From: Octopus vulgaris
Lineage: Eukaryota
Length of the DNA: 64,000 nt
Direction of reading: 5' to 3'
Assembly: GCA_951406725.2 (NCBI GenBank)
Contig: OX597817.1
Span: 22,134,001-22,198,000 of the forward strand
Shown: in pieces, positions 41,563 through 53,908 of the stretch
Position numbering within the stretch: the stretch's first letter is position 1
Layout of the letters: every line of letters starts with the position of its first letter
Position numbers and translations under genes: made by a program
The notes under the pieces: generated by a model
The model's database searches: none
Told to the model about the DNA's origin: nothing
What the model saw: only the letters and a program-made list of their open reading frames with translations

Positions 41563-41776
41563 CGTGTGTGTGTATGTTTGTGTCTGTTTGTTCCCCCAGC
41601 ATCACTTGACAACCGATGCTGGTGTGTTTACATCCTCGTAACTTAGCAGTTTGGGAAAAGAGACCGATAGAATAAGTACTAGGCTTACAATGAATAAGCT
41701 CTGGGGTCAATTTGCTCGACTATAAAGGTGGTGCTCCAGCATGGCCGCAGTCAAATGACTGAAACAAGCAAAAGAG
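41411..41776 (+). mobile_element. SINE family A, 5'-truncated
   Basis: Matches 7681-8079 from the B-box to the tail. Confidence 0.88.
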
Positions 41777-42174
41777 TATGTAGCTCTGAGTTCCCTGTTC
41801 ACAAAAACATGAGGTGTGATAGTCCTGGCTGGAATGCCTTTAATCATAGGCCTCACCTTGATAAATGCTGATTTGGGACTTAGCAATAAAAGTAGCAGCA
41901 GCAGCAGCAGTGGTAGCAACAGCAGCAGCAGCAGCAGTGTCAGCAACAGCAGCAGCTGCCACTAGTTTTTTTTTTCTACACTTCTCTTCTACAACATTTT
42001 TTTTTCTTCCCCCATCTCCAAAAGTTACGTCACCACTTGCGCTGCTGGCACCTCCAGCAGCAACATCAACAATAAACACCACCACCACCACCACCGCCAC
42101 CGCCACCGCTGCCGCCGCCGCCGCCAATCATTCAACTACCCTCTTCGTAAATCTCAATGGTAAAAGCAACTTAC

Positions 42175-42310
42175 AGAAATCCGTCGCAATTTATTGCTTT
42201 CATAAAAGGCCGATAATGTCATTGAAGAATGGGGAATGCAAGAGAAATTGGAATTTTAAAAAGATGAAGGCAACGGAACGAGGAAGCAAGGATGGTCTGC
42301 GGAAATGTTC
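42175..42310 (-). other. Candidate spliced exon of a minus-strand gene, containing a possible start ATG (MTLSAFYESNKLRRIS, phase-0 donor)
   Basis: Minus strand: acceptor TTTTATTTTCCCTCTCCATGCAG|G and donor TTCT|GTAAGT. ATG at 42222 stays open to the donor. Non-repetitive and locally CpG-rich. Confidence 0.5.
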
Positions 42311-42838
42311 CTGCATGGAGAGGGAAAATAAAAAAAAAACACTCACCACACATAAAATAATAAAACAAACCAAATCTAAAAAAAACAAAAAACAGCAAAA
42401 AAAATTAAAAAAAGCATAAACTATAGTCAATGGAAAGGCACAATTCAATACTGATTCTTAATGCATCTATATCCCTTTTCAATGATTTCAGTTGCGTTAT
42501 CCGATTCAACCAGCATCTTCCATACCAAACATTCACGGAATAGCTTCTAAACTCATCCACCCCTTTATACTCAAATGCACCTTTTATGATAATCTTTTTA
42601 TCACTTTTTTTTTTTTTTAAATGGTAAAAAAAAAAAAAGCACGTGCATATGTAGGTCTGTGGATATGTATGTATATTTGAAAGTGTCAGGTAGGTGTATG
42701 AAGAACATGTGTGTTTCTGTGTGAGGAAAGAGAGCAGTTGATCGAGTCGATATTCATTCGATATATTATTTATTTTCACATTGCTATGTTTATATATTTT
42801 TTTCATTTTATATACATCATATAAAAGTGTGTGTGTGT

Positions 42839-42870
<32 letters not shown>

Positions 42871-42999
42871 CACCATAGGGCTTGTCAGAAAGTAATCGAT
42901 AGAACACCTAACAACATCTGCGATACATATTCACAAGCGATACACACACATCATTGTGTGTGCATGTCAGTATGTGTATGTACTTATTTACATGACACC

Positions 43000-43033
<34 letters not shown>

Positions 43034-43278
43034 ATAGATATAGATATAGAAATAGAGATGTATATATATATATTCATACACCTGTATGCACACCTGTGTA
43101 TGGAAACAAAAATATATATAAAGCGTGTGCGTGTATGTGTGGTGTGTGTGTATGCATGTGTATATATATAAATATATATATATTTATATTTATATATATT
43201 TATATTTATATATATTTATATATATATATATTTATATTTATATATATATATTTATATATATATATATATGTATATGTG

Positions 43279-43335
<57 letters not shown>

Positions 43336-43443
43336 AGATATAGAGATCGATAGATAGACAGATAGACAGAGAGATATAGATATATACAGATATGTATGCA
43401 TATGTGTATATATGTATGTATGTATTTATGCATCTCTCTCTCC

Positions 43444-43484
<41 letters not shown>

Positions 43485-44464
43485 ATGTGCATGAGTGTGT
43501 GTATGAATGTATATTTTACATTTCACTTGATTCAGTCACTGGACTGTGACCTTTCTGATGCACTGCCTTGAAGGGTTTCAGTTGAATGAACGAACCCCTT
43601 TAACTTTTATAAGCCTCTCACCCTCTTATGGCAAGCTGTTAAGTAATGGGGATGTAAACGAATGTACACCAAGTGCCATGTTGTGACTTGGAACAAACAC
43701 AAAGGCATCATTATTTTACGTCCACTTTCCATGCTAGCATGGACAATTTCGCATGAACTGTCAAGTCAGAAGGCTACCAAGCTCTGCTGTCTGTTTTAGC
43801 ATGCTTTCTACAGCTGGATGCCCTTCCTGATGTAAACAAATTTACAGAGTGTACATGATGCATTTTATGTGGTATCCTAGTGAGAAAAGGTAAATTAACA
43901 GTCATTGACCATTACTGAATGGAAAAGTATTGGTTTAATCCCTATAGTTGGAGGGCTGCAACTACTACATCTGGTTTATTGGTGTGATAGACAAACAAGG
44001 ATAGAAAAAAATAAAACAAACAGAGACAATCGTAAATAACTATGAGTTGTATGGAAGACAAAAAATGAAATGAAACAGACAAAAACTGTGAAAAGGAGAA
44101 TACAAAATAACACAATGAAATATGCATAAACATCATGTCTTTTGATAAAATTAAGATGAGCTGTCAGAAATAACTCTAATCAGAGAGGTGATGTATACTT
44201 TTGCATTGATTAAAATATTTTAAATATTAAACAAACCAGGAGCAGGGAAACGAAAGCAAAAAAGAAATGATTGACCAGTTGAACTATCAGTTTAAAAGGA
44301 ATGCATAGCTTGCAAAACATGTAGAAGAATGCCTTGTTATACCTCATGGGAAGGGAGAGATGATAAGGGTACAGATGAATTGAGAGAAAGGCAGAGTTAG
44401 TGAAAGAGCAGGAGAGAGCTTTTGCAGCATATTTTATACACACACACACACACACACACACACC

Positions 44465-44497
<33 letters not shown>

Positions 44498-45598
44498 TAG
44501 GAAAACTAAGGTACTCAGAAATCTGGATGGTTGTACATTTACAGATTTTTATTAATATGTCACATGTTTTTAAATCTCATATAATAGCGCTTGCATCTAC
44601 TCAAGTAGATTCTTCAGATTTTCTTATCTTTTCTAATATATAATGCCTGTACATCACCTCCAAACCTTCTAACATATATATATATACACACATACTTGTC
44701 TGTGTGTGTGTGTGTGCATGTGCATGTGTGTATTGTTTTTATTATTATTATTATTATTATCATCGTTATTATTATTTAATACAGTTTAATTATCCCCCAT
44801 GCGACTTAGAGTTTCATAGGCATCTTACAGTAACATAGTTTATTGGCTCAGGTAGCCAAATCAAACTGCTTTAAACAATGATATATATAACTTCTATTAA
44901 ATGTGCTGAGTGCTTTTTCTTTCATTTGTCCACTCGGCCATATGTGTGTGAATGTACACACATGCACACACACATGTGTGTGCAAATATTTATATAGATA
45001 TTTATATATGTGTGTGGTGGGAGTAATTTGCAAACCACTGGAAATACGGACAATGGAGAGTATACCATTATTTGAAAGTGGAATTGCTTTCTGTTGCTAC
45101 TCAGAATTTTGAATATTTGGTTTTCAACACAACCGGTGTTACAATTCTAGCATCTGTCTTTGATAGATGTTTCTGAATTTTAAAACTTGATTAACAATAT
45201 TATATAGATATACTGGTAGTTACCTCCAGATAATGTTTCTGGCTAAGAACAAATAATTTCCAAATTGATAATGAAAGTTACCAACACTTGAAAGGGACAT
45301 CTATGACTTCAGATTATGGCTTCACCAGTAATGGCAAACATCTTCATAGAAAACTTCAAAGACTTAGCTCTATAAATTTTAACCCTGAAATTCATTGCTT
45401 GGTGAGGATACATGAATGACAGTGTCGCATAAGCCCACGCTGGTGTTTAAGTTCATTCAGATAACATGAACTCACAACATACATCAATTCAGTTTATACT
45501 GGAACAACCAAATGCCATTCTTTGGTGCAGTTATGACAAGGGCTGTAGCTTAAATCACATCAGTGTACCAAAAATTACTGATACCAGATTCTACTAAA

Positions 45599-45818
45599 CC
45601 CTTTATTGTTCAGATTATTTTCTCAAATGTAATGCTTATTTATTTGCATTCTTTTGAATTTTTCATGCATTATACCATAGCTTCAACATTTCAATGATGT
45701 GCTTATTTATTTTTAGAAGGACATTGCAGAGTAGGTATGAGAGGCCAGATATAGCTAGTTTCAATGAAAAACAGGTAAAATATTCAGGCTGGATTTGGCC
45801 AGTTTAAATGCTAGTGGG
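45599..45818. mobile_element. Non-autonomous piggyBac MITE (older)
   Basis: T(A)AA-CCCTTTA...ATGCTAGTGGG-TTAA: degenerate CCCTTT/AAAGGG TIRs with a TTAA target. Confidence 0.65.
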
Positions 45819-45822
45819 TTAA

Positions 45823-46005
45823 CCCTTTCATTACGGTATTTATTTTGAGATGCTCTGAGTTTCTTTCAATTACTTTAAATATAACAAAGAATTTAGTAAA
45901 ATAACTTAGTTATCATTCAGCTAGTGTTAGGAACATAACTTATGAAAACAAGACATTTGTACTACAGAGCCAGAGCCGGTTTCAGTCGGGTTGGTAACGA
46001 AAGGG
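45823..46005. mobile_element. Non-autonomous piggyBac MITE
   Basis: TTAA-CCCTTTCATTAC...GTAACGAAAGGG-TTAA. Internally deleted version of 52964-53184. Confidence 0.9.
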
Positions 46006-46521
46006 TTAAACAATAATTTTTACCATTTGTACAGTGATAAAAATAACAATTGTCAGATGCTTGTAGGAGTCATGTTTTAGCTCAGGCTGAAGAAGTAAAT
46101 TATCAGAAAAAATAAAGTGTTGAATAGCAAATATCCAAGTGTCACTTGGAACAATTCTCTAAAACATAGTAGTGATGAAATAAAATGACTGTGTCTACGA
46201 AATTGCAATTCATCATTGCTTCAACATACACTTTTCCATGTTCACCTGGGTCAGATGGCAATATGCACACACACACTTACATATTTGACAGGCTTCTACA
46301 AGTTTCTGACTGTCAAATTCATCTACAACCTGGGTCTATAACATGAGACATTTGCCCAGGATGCTATACAGTGAAATTGAACCTAAAACCATGTGGCTGG
46401 AAAGCAAATTTCTTAGCACAGATCCACATTTGCACCTGATTGTTTAAGAAATTCAAACAATGTTCAGCACATATAATATCAGAGTCATACTTAAATGCAA
46501 CACCACACATTACAGATACCT

Positions 46522-46743
46522 ATTTCTTTATTACCCACAAGGAGCTGAACACAGGGAGGACAAACAAGGACAGACAAATGGATTACATCAAATATATCGA
46601 CCCCAGTGCATAACTGGTACTTATTTAATCGATCCCGAAAGGATGAAAGGCAAAGTCGACCTCGGCGGAATTTGAACTCAGAACAGGCGAAATACCGTTG
46701 AGCATTTCGCCCAGCATGCTAACGATTCTGCCAGTTCTCTGCC
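46522..46743 (-). mobile_element. SINE family B, inserted into the Penelope-like relic
   Basis: Same body as 4706-4936. TSD ACACATTACAGATACCT at 46505-46521 and 46744-46760. Confidence 0.9.
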
Positions 46744-47280
46744 ACACATTACAGATACCTCATCAAAATTAAACTAAAATGTAAGAATGGCTAGAACATA
46801 AGAACAGCATTTAAATCATTTAATTCTTATGAAGTAGAGGAACCAAGAGGCCCTTCATGTTCAGAATAGAGGAATACTAAAAAACCCTAAAAGTAGAGAT
46901 GTTTCTGAATCAGGAATGGCTGAACATTCAGATATGAAAAGGGAAATCATAAATTACCTAGGGAATGAAATTTCAGTAAATTGATAGAGAATTACATTGA
47001 AAAGTTATAAGTCATACAAGCAATACCTAGATCTCTTGTTGAAAAGCTATTCAGTAAGCTAGTACATCACCTTAACAGTATGCACCATTAAATGAACATG
47101 TAGCTGTTGCAAGACTAATCTTACTTTAGGAATAAAGGTATGTAGTTTGAAGTAATTCAGCTGCTACTTAAGTATCGAGATCAAAGATCAATACTGATGG
47201 AAACAGAGAATAGATGCAAACTATTAAGAAAAGGTTTTATTGCTAAAGATGAGGGTAACAGGGTAAAAAAAAAATTACTA

Positions 47281-47311
<31 letters not shown>

Positions 47312-47393
47312 TGTTATTGCCATAGAAACTGGGAAAATAATGAAAGATTAAATAATTTTCTTCCGCTTATTGAATTACCTATCTATCTATCTG

Positions 47394-47453
<60 letters not shown>

Positions 47454-47538
47454 AATATCTATCTATCTATCTACCTACATACCTACCTATCTATCTACCT
47501 GTCTGTCTGTCTGTCTGTCAGTCTGTCTAGCTATCTGC

Positions 47539-47594
<56 letters not shown>

Positions 47595-47937
47595 CTCTCT
47601 CTCTTTCGGAGAGGCACTGAGCTCCTACACGTACATATACACACACACGGCAGTAACTTCTGCCTACCGAATCCAGTCACAAAGCTTCGGTCAACTCGGG
47701 GCTATAGCGGAATACAGCAACCCAAAGTGCCATGCAGTGGGACTGAACCCGTGACCATGTAGCAAGGAAGCAAGCTCCCTAACCACACAGCCATGTCCGA
47801 TATATATATATATATATAGTATTTGAAGCAATGTACAGATATTGTATTTTAAGGTGGCAGTCTGAATTAAGGATAGAGAGTGCTAAATCAAAAAAAATTA
47901 TTCAAAATTCTGGCTGCCTCCATTTACTAAATGATAG

Positions 47938-48045
<108 letters not shown>

Positions 48046-48248
48046 TAAGTATATTAAGTACATGATTTAAGTTATAGAACGAACATTGACAAATTCAATT
48101 GTATTTTTCATAAATTGATGAGATTAGATGTTAATATGGGATAAATATTTATTCAGTTTGCTAGACGAATAAAATCAGTGGCAAAATAAGAAAAAATAAG
48201 AACTTAATAAAAACGGTGGACTTAAGAATTACATAGGTATTGTGTTCT

Positions 48249-48298
<50 letters not shown>

Positions 48299-48299
<1 letters not shown>

Positions 48300-48927
48300 G
48301 AAGTATATTTGCCACCTAAATGTAGCAGACCCATAGGATATGATGCTACTGTTGTTTATAGCCCCAGGAAAATATCTTCTCCAGCTTGCTAATGACACAA
48401 TGTCTGTGTCAGATTAGTATTTGTAAGGTGAAATCATCATTTCCATCACTTACCTTACATGATACACACAAACCTTGGTTTCTGATTTGTAACCCATCAT
48501 CAGTGTGTGATAATCACCAGTTAGTGATGAGAACTCATTCCCAATACAAAATACTCTATGCTTTTTCCTAACTGTCACTGATCTTGAAAAGGGAGAAAGA
48601 AGTAATAATAAATTACTGAGCAAAAAGTAAACAGTAAAAAAAAAAAGCATGGAATCGTGAAGTATATTTGCCACCTAAATGTCGTGGACCCATAGGGGAC
48701 AATGCTAAATTTCTGAGCGAGATGTAAGCAAGAGCAACATGGAATCGTGAAAGAATGTGTGTATCACATAAGGCTAGATATGGGAGCAATGATTTTCCTT
48801 CACAAATACTAATCAGATACAGACAGTGTGTCATTATCCAGCTGGAGGAGATGTCTTCCTGGGGCTATAAACAACAGTAGCATCATCCCCTATGGGTCTG
48901 TCATATTTAGGTGGCAAATATACTTCA
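48299..48927. repeat. Inverted repeat with ~170-bp arms plus a third partial copy
   Basis: TGAAGTATATTTGCCACCTAAAT.. (48299-48470) versus its reverse complement at 48757-48927. Direct partial copy at 48658-48707. Confidence 0.9.
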
Positions 48928-48971
48928 CAATATACTTCACTCGGTGATTTATTATTGTTTATATATATATA

Positions 48972-49210
48972 TTTTTTTTTTTTTTTTTTTTTGTACTTGT
49001 TTCAGTCATTTGACTGCGGCCATGCTGGAGCACCGCCTTTTAGAGTGGTGAAAGAGTACAGCAGGGATCACCACCATCCCCTGCCGGAGCCTCGTGGAGC
49101 TTTTTAGGTGTTTTCGCTCAATAAACACACACAACGCCCGGTCTGGGAATCGAAACCGCGATCCTCCGACCGCAAGTCCGCTGCCCTAACCACTGGGCCA
49201 TTGCGCCTCC
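48972..49210 (-). mobile_element. Chimeric SINE: family C tRNA head + family A 3' tail + poly(A)
   Basis: Minus strand: GGAGGCGCAATGGCCCAGTGG..CTGTACTCTTTCACCAC joined directly to TAAAAGGCGGTGCTCCAGCATGGCCGCAGTCAAATGACTGAAACAAGTAC(A)n. Confidence 0.85.
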
Positions 49211-49225
49211 ACATATATATATATA

Positions 49226-49620
49226 GGCGCAGGAGTGGCTGTGTGGTAAGTAGCTTGCCTACCAACCGCATGGTTCCGGGTTCAGTCCCACTGTGTGGCA
49301 CCTTGGGTAAGTGTCTTCTACTATAGCCTCAGGCTGACCAAAGCCTTGTGAGTGGATTTGGTAGACGGAAACTGAAAGAAGCCCGTTGTATATATGTATA
49401 GATATATGCGTGTGTGTGTTTGTGTGTCTGTGTTTGTCCACTAGCATTGCTTGACAACCGATGCTGGTATGTTTATGTCCCCGTCACTTAGCGGTTCGGC
49501 AAAAGAGACCGATAGAATAAGTACTGGGCTTACAAAAGAATAAGTCCCGGGGTCGAGTTGCTCGATTAAAGGCAGTGCTCCAGCATGGCCGCAGTCAAAT
49601 GACTGAAACAAGTAAAAGAG
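49226..49620 (+). mobile_element. SINE family A, full length
   Basis: GGCGCAGGAGTGGCTGTGTGG through to the GTAAAAGAG tail. Confidence 0.92.
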
Positions 49621-49669
<49 letters not shown>

Positions 49670-50162
49670 CCATTCATATTTGCACATACACCCTCTAACA
49701 CCAAGTATAAGTGATGGGAGTCAAATGACGTTTATCACCAATTCTTTAAAAGTTGTAAATTTTTTTCTTGGATGTTACCATGGTTCATAATGACAGCTAC
49801 CAGTCACATAGTGGCTGGTTAGTTTTGGAATAAGGCAAACTTCTTTAAAACACTTTTTCTAGGTTTCCTTTGATTAACAGGTACATAGTTTAACCTCCTG
49901 AAAGAGGGGATGCTGCAAAATTTCTCTTTCACCATTGTTAAGAAAAGAGGCAACTAATACCCCATGCCCACTGCAATGCAGGTTTACAGTTACATACTCC
50001 CAGCAAGTCAAGTGTGTATGTTTCATTACTTCCCATCATAGCAGAGCATTTTATTTTCCATAATAACTGGTTACATTAAGGGATGTGTGCACAGAATTGC
50101 TTTTCTTCTAGTGACATGGAAATGGTTGGGATAACCAGAAGCAGAGCCATCCTCAGGTTTAT

Positions 50163-50378
50163 TCTTTTACTCTTTTACTCTTTTACTTGTTTCAGTCATT
50201 TGACTGCGGCCATGCTGGAGCACCACCTTTAGTCGAGCAAATCGACCCCAGGACTTATTCTTTGTAAGCCCAGTACTTATTCTATCGGTCTCTTTTGCCG
50301 AACCGCTAAGTGACGGGGACGTAAACACACCAGCATTGGTTGTCAAGCAATGCTAGGGGGACAAACACAGACACACAA

Positions 50379-50425
<47 letters not shown>

Positions 50426-50590
50426 TACGACAGGCTTCTTTCAGTTTCCGTCTACCAAATCCACTCACAAGGCCTTGGTCGGCCCAGAGCTATAGCAGAA
50501 GACACTTGCCCAAGATGCCACGCAGTGGGACTGAACCCGGAACCATGTGGTTAGTTAGCAAGCTACTTACTACACAGCCACTCCTGCGCC
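50163..50590 (-). mobile_element. SINE family A, full length
   Basis: Reverse complement of the family A sequence, with a (CTTTTACT)n tail. Confidence 0.92.
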
Positions 50591-50599
50591 TATAGAGGA

Positions 50600-51870
50600 T
50601 CCTTAGAAATTTTATGGACATCCTGGTATTTACATAATTCGTGAATGAAATGAAAAAAAATCATTTGTTGAAAATATGCATGTTGAACCTTAGCTGTTTT
50701 GCTACTGTAATAATATACTGGTAGCTGAGGCATTATGTGTTTCAAAATTTGCAAATGTGCAGGAGTGGCTGTGTGGTAAGTAGCTTGCTTACCAACCACA
50801 TGGTTCCGGGTTCAGTCCCACTGCGTGGCATCTTGGGCAAGTGTCTTCTGCTATAGCCCCGTGCCGACCAATACCTTGTGAGTGGATTTGGTAGATGGAA
50901 ACTGAAAGAAGCGTGTCGTATATATATATGTATATATATATGTATGTGTGTGTGTTTGTGTGTCTGTGTTTGTCCCCCTAGCATTGCTTGACAACCGATG
51001 CTGGTGTGTTTACGTCCCCGTCACTTAGCGGTTCGGCAAAAGAGACCGATAGAATAAGTACTGGGCTTACAAAGAATAAGTCCCGGGGTCGATTTGCTCG
51101 ACTAAAGGCGGTGCTCCAGCATGGCCGCAGTCAAATGACTGAAACAAGTAAAAGAGTAAAAGAGAGTGCGTACCTACTCACTAAATTTAACAAGTGCATT
51201 CATGCAACACAACAGCGACATATGTTCCTTTATTTATGATCAGGTATGATGGCTTCTCTCTTAACAGTTTGGGTATTCCAGGGTAGTTGCATACCAATAC
51301 AATCCAGTTTCATCACCATTATGCACTTGGGAAATTAGGAGCTTTTCACATTTAATTTAGTCATTTAACTTCTTCCTGAATGGTTTGATTTCCTCGGTTG
51401 GTATGATCCCTGTTTCACCATGGGTAATTTTATTATCCATTCCATAATGATTTCTATATCACCATAGCAACCTAATACTAGCTTCAAAATTCTTGATACC
51501 CTTATGCTTAGCTAGCTTGGCAGCAGCATTTTGTATTTCTGCACAACTGATTTTCTTACCGTACGATGATTGATGGATAATTCACTTCTCCACAACCTCT
51601 TCAAGATCTGTATCTTTTGCAAATCTCACACACTTCCTTGCACCAATAGATAATCTACTATTTACATCAACATTTTATGTCTATGAAAACGCAATTGAGT
51701 TTTCATTATCCTCGTGTATGTTTGAAACTTACTTTTTCAGCACAGTACTCTTCACAAACTGTTACCTCTGAAGCACCAGTCACCAACTACCTTGTAAGTT
51801 CTAGTTTTTGGTTCACAAATAGGATCATAGGTTTCTTCAGAATATTACTCACCTTTGAAGCGAACACATA
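50600..51870 (-). pseudogene. Tigger/pogo (Jerky/TIGD-like) transposase relic, interrupted by a SINE
   Basis: Minus translation: NQKLEL..GASEVTVCEEY; ARKCVRFAKDTDLEEVVEK*..EIQNAAAKLAKHKGIKNFEAS..LW*YRNHYG..ITHGE; SQVHNGDETGLYW; MSLLCCMNA; LKHIMPQLPVYYYSSKTA. These fit CENP-B HTH and DDE_1 motifs. Confidence 0.85.
50757..51166 (+). mobile_element. SINE family A, full length, inserted in the Tigger relic
   Basis: Near-identical to 7681-8079. Confidence 0.92.
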
Positions 51871-52963
51871 ATTGCCTAATCACAGCAATATTAATGAAAA
51901 TTGAGAGTAAATCAAATTGAACTGTGTTTAGTATGGTAGTTATTTTCACGGTCTTCTCTGATACTCTATTGAACCTATTAGTTTGGCATAGTATATACAT
52001 CTCAAAAAGAAACATACAAACTTTTGGCTAGTGTGATATGACTTAATCTTGTTTTCTTCTGAATGGACATTAGCAGATTTGAAAACAAATTAGATTATAA
52101 CATGATACTACAAAAACAGATTATTATGAAGAAAACCTGATTCACTTAAAAAATTCTCAACGAATTTCTACAGAACCTCTTACCATGAAAATCGTGTTAA
52201 TTAGAAGAAGGTAAGAAAAAAAGAAGATAGAGTAAGTCATATGTACCTCATCATCATCGTTTAATGTCCGCTTTCCATGCTAGCATGGGTTGGACGATTT
52301 TGACTGAGGGCTGGCAAACCAGATGGCTGCACCAAACTCCAATCTTGATTTGGCAGAGTTTCTACAGCTGGATGCCCTTCCTAAGACCAACCGCTCCAAG
52401 AGTGTAGTGGGTGATTTTTGTGTGACTGGCACGGGGTGGGGGCAGAATTTAGATAGTGAGAAGCAGGGAGAGAAGGGGCGAATAAATTCTTATAGTAGGA
52501 CATTAAAATCTATTTAGTAAATGAGAATTAAAAAGAGTGGATGTATTTCTGAATGAGATGTAAAAATAAATGAAATATAGGGTGTATGCAAAAGGAATGT
52601 TCTTCACCTTCAGTCCTTATTTTTTATTTTTCTCACACATCCAGAGTCATATCGTAATAGAATTTACTGTGGGGAGTTGAAGGCAAGTTCACACACACAA
52701 AAAAAAAAAAGTTTTGCAATGTTTCATAAAGGACAGAAACATTTATTTCCCATAATGATCAAGGATTTGATTATTGGCTGATAATATTTCTGATGAATCT
52801 ACCATCTTTGGTGGGTGTGAAACACTCGAATAGCACAGTCGGGTTACACAGCCTTATAACACTAATATTCAAAGATGGTCACAGATGTCAAAACTATCAG
52901 TCGTTTTCTGAACCTGAGTTTCATCCAGTTCACATGATATCTATTATCTGATATCCAGCTTAA

Positions 52964-53184
52964 CCCTTTCATTACTGTATTTATTTTGAGATGCTCTGTA
53001 TTTCTTTCAATTACTTTAAATATAACAAAGAATTTAGTAAAATAACTTAGTTACCATTCAACTAGTGTTAGGAATGTAAATTGTGACTAAGGTTTGGTGG
53101 AAGATTTTTATTCAGAACTTATGAAAACAAGACATTTGTACTACAGAGGCAGAGCCGGTTTCAGCCGGGTTGATAATGAAAGGG
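52964..53184. mobile_element. Non-autonomous piggyBac MITE (221 bp)
   Basis: TTAA-CCCTTTCATTA...TAATGAAAGGG-TTAA. An internal fragment of the same family lies inverted at ~36190-36270. Confidence 0.92.
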
Positions 53185-53483
53185 TTAATGTGGTTTAATT
53201 TGACAAAGATATCCTACATGTATATCATCATTGTCATTATTTTAATGTCCACCTTTCCATGTTCACTTGGGTCCAACAGAATTCATTGAAGTGGATTTTC
53301 TATGGTTCGATGCCTTCTTATTGACTACCCTCACCTGTTTCCAAGTAAGGTAATATTTCCCTATGCCCAGAAACATTTCCATACAGAATGCTGAAAATGA
53401 ATGGATCCACCTGCATAATGGTGACACTAACAACTATCATGCCATGCTAAGCCAAAGAACCAGTAACACACTCACACCTTTAC

Positions 53484-53875
53484 ATATATTGTTGAATAAA
53501 GCTGAAGTTGTCTGTGTATGGCAGGTTTGGTAGTCTTCAACTAACACTATCTCCTACGAGACCCTGCAGCGCAAGTTGACCAAAATTGAGAGTATGATAG
53601 AAGAAGGCTTGCTCTTCATTCTGTAGGAGATAAAATTCAAATCGGACCATGTTAAAACCAAAAATTATTTACATCAAAAAGGGTGCTTTTTTCCATGAAA
53701 ATCCCTATTTTTTACGATTTTTTGACTGCTGTGACACCATTTTTTAGTGTATTTCAACCAGAAAAATGTTCACTTAAAGAGAATAACATGCTACATAAGA
53801 CAAAATTTCTATTTTTCAAAAATTCCAATTCTAAAGGGTCGAAACAAACCCGAGCAACGCCGGGTGATACTGCTA

Positions 53876-53876
<1 letters not shown>
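53484..53876 (+). mobile_element. Non-autonomous Helitron
   Basis: 3' GC-rich hairpin ACCCG-AGCAACGC-CGGGT (53848-53865) a few nt before a terminal CTAG followed by T. The 5' end is degenerate. Confidence 0.8.

Positions 53877-53908
<32 letters not shown>

Larger units (their letters stand above)
45115..47030 (+). pseudogene. Fragmented Penelope-like retroelement (RT + GIY-YIG endonuclease) interrupted by nested insertions
   Basis: Ordered motifs: NNFQIDNESYQHLKGTSM, SPVMANIFIENFKDLAL, AW*GYMND, MNSQHTSIQFILE, MPFF, TSVYQK..TDTRFY; linker FSTYNIRVILKCNTT..YLIKIK; GTKRPFMFRIEEY..SGMAEH. Confidence 0.8.
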
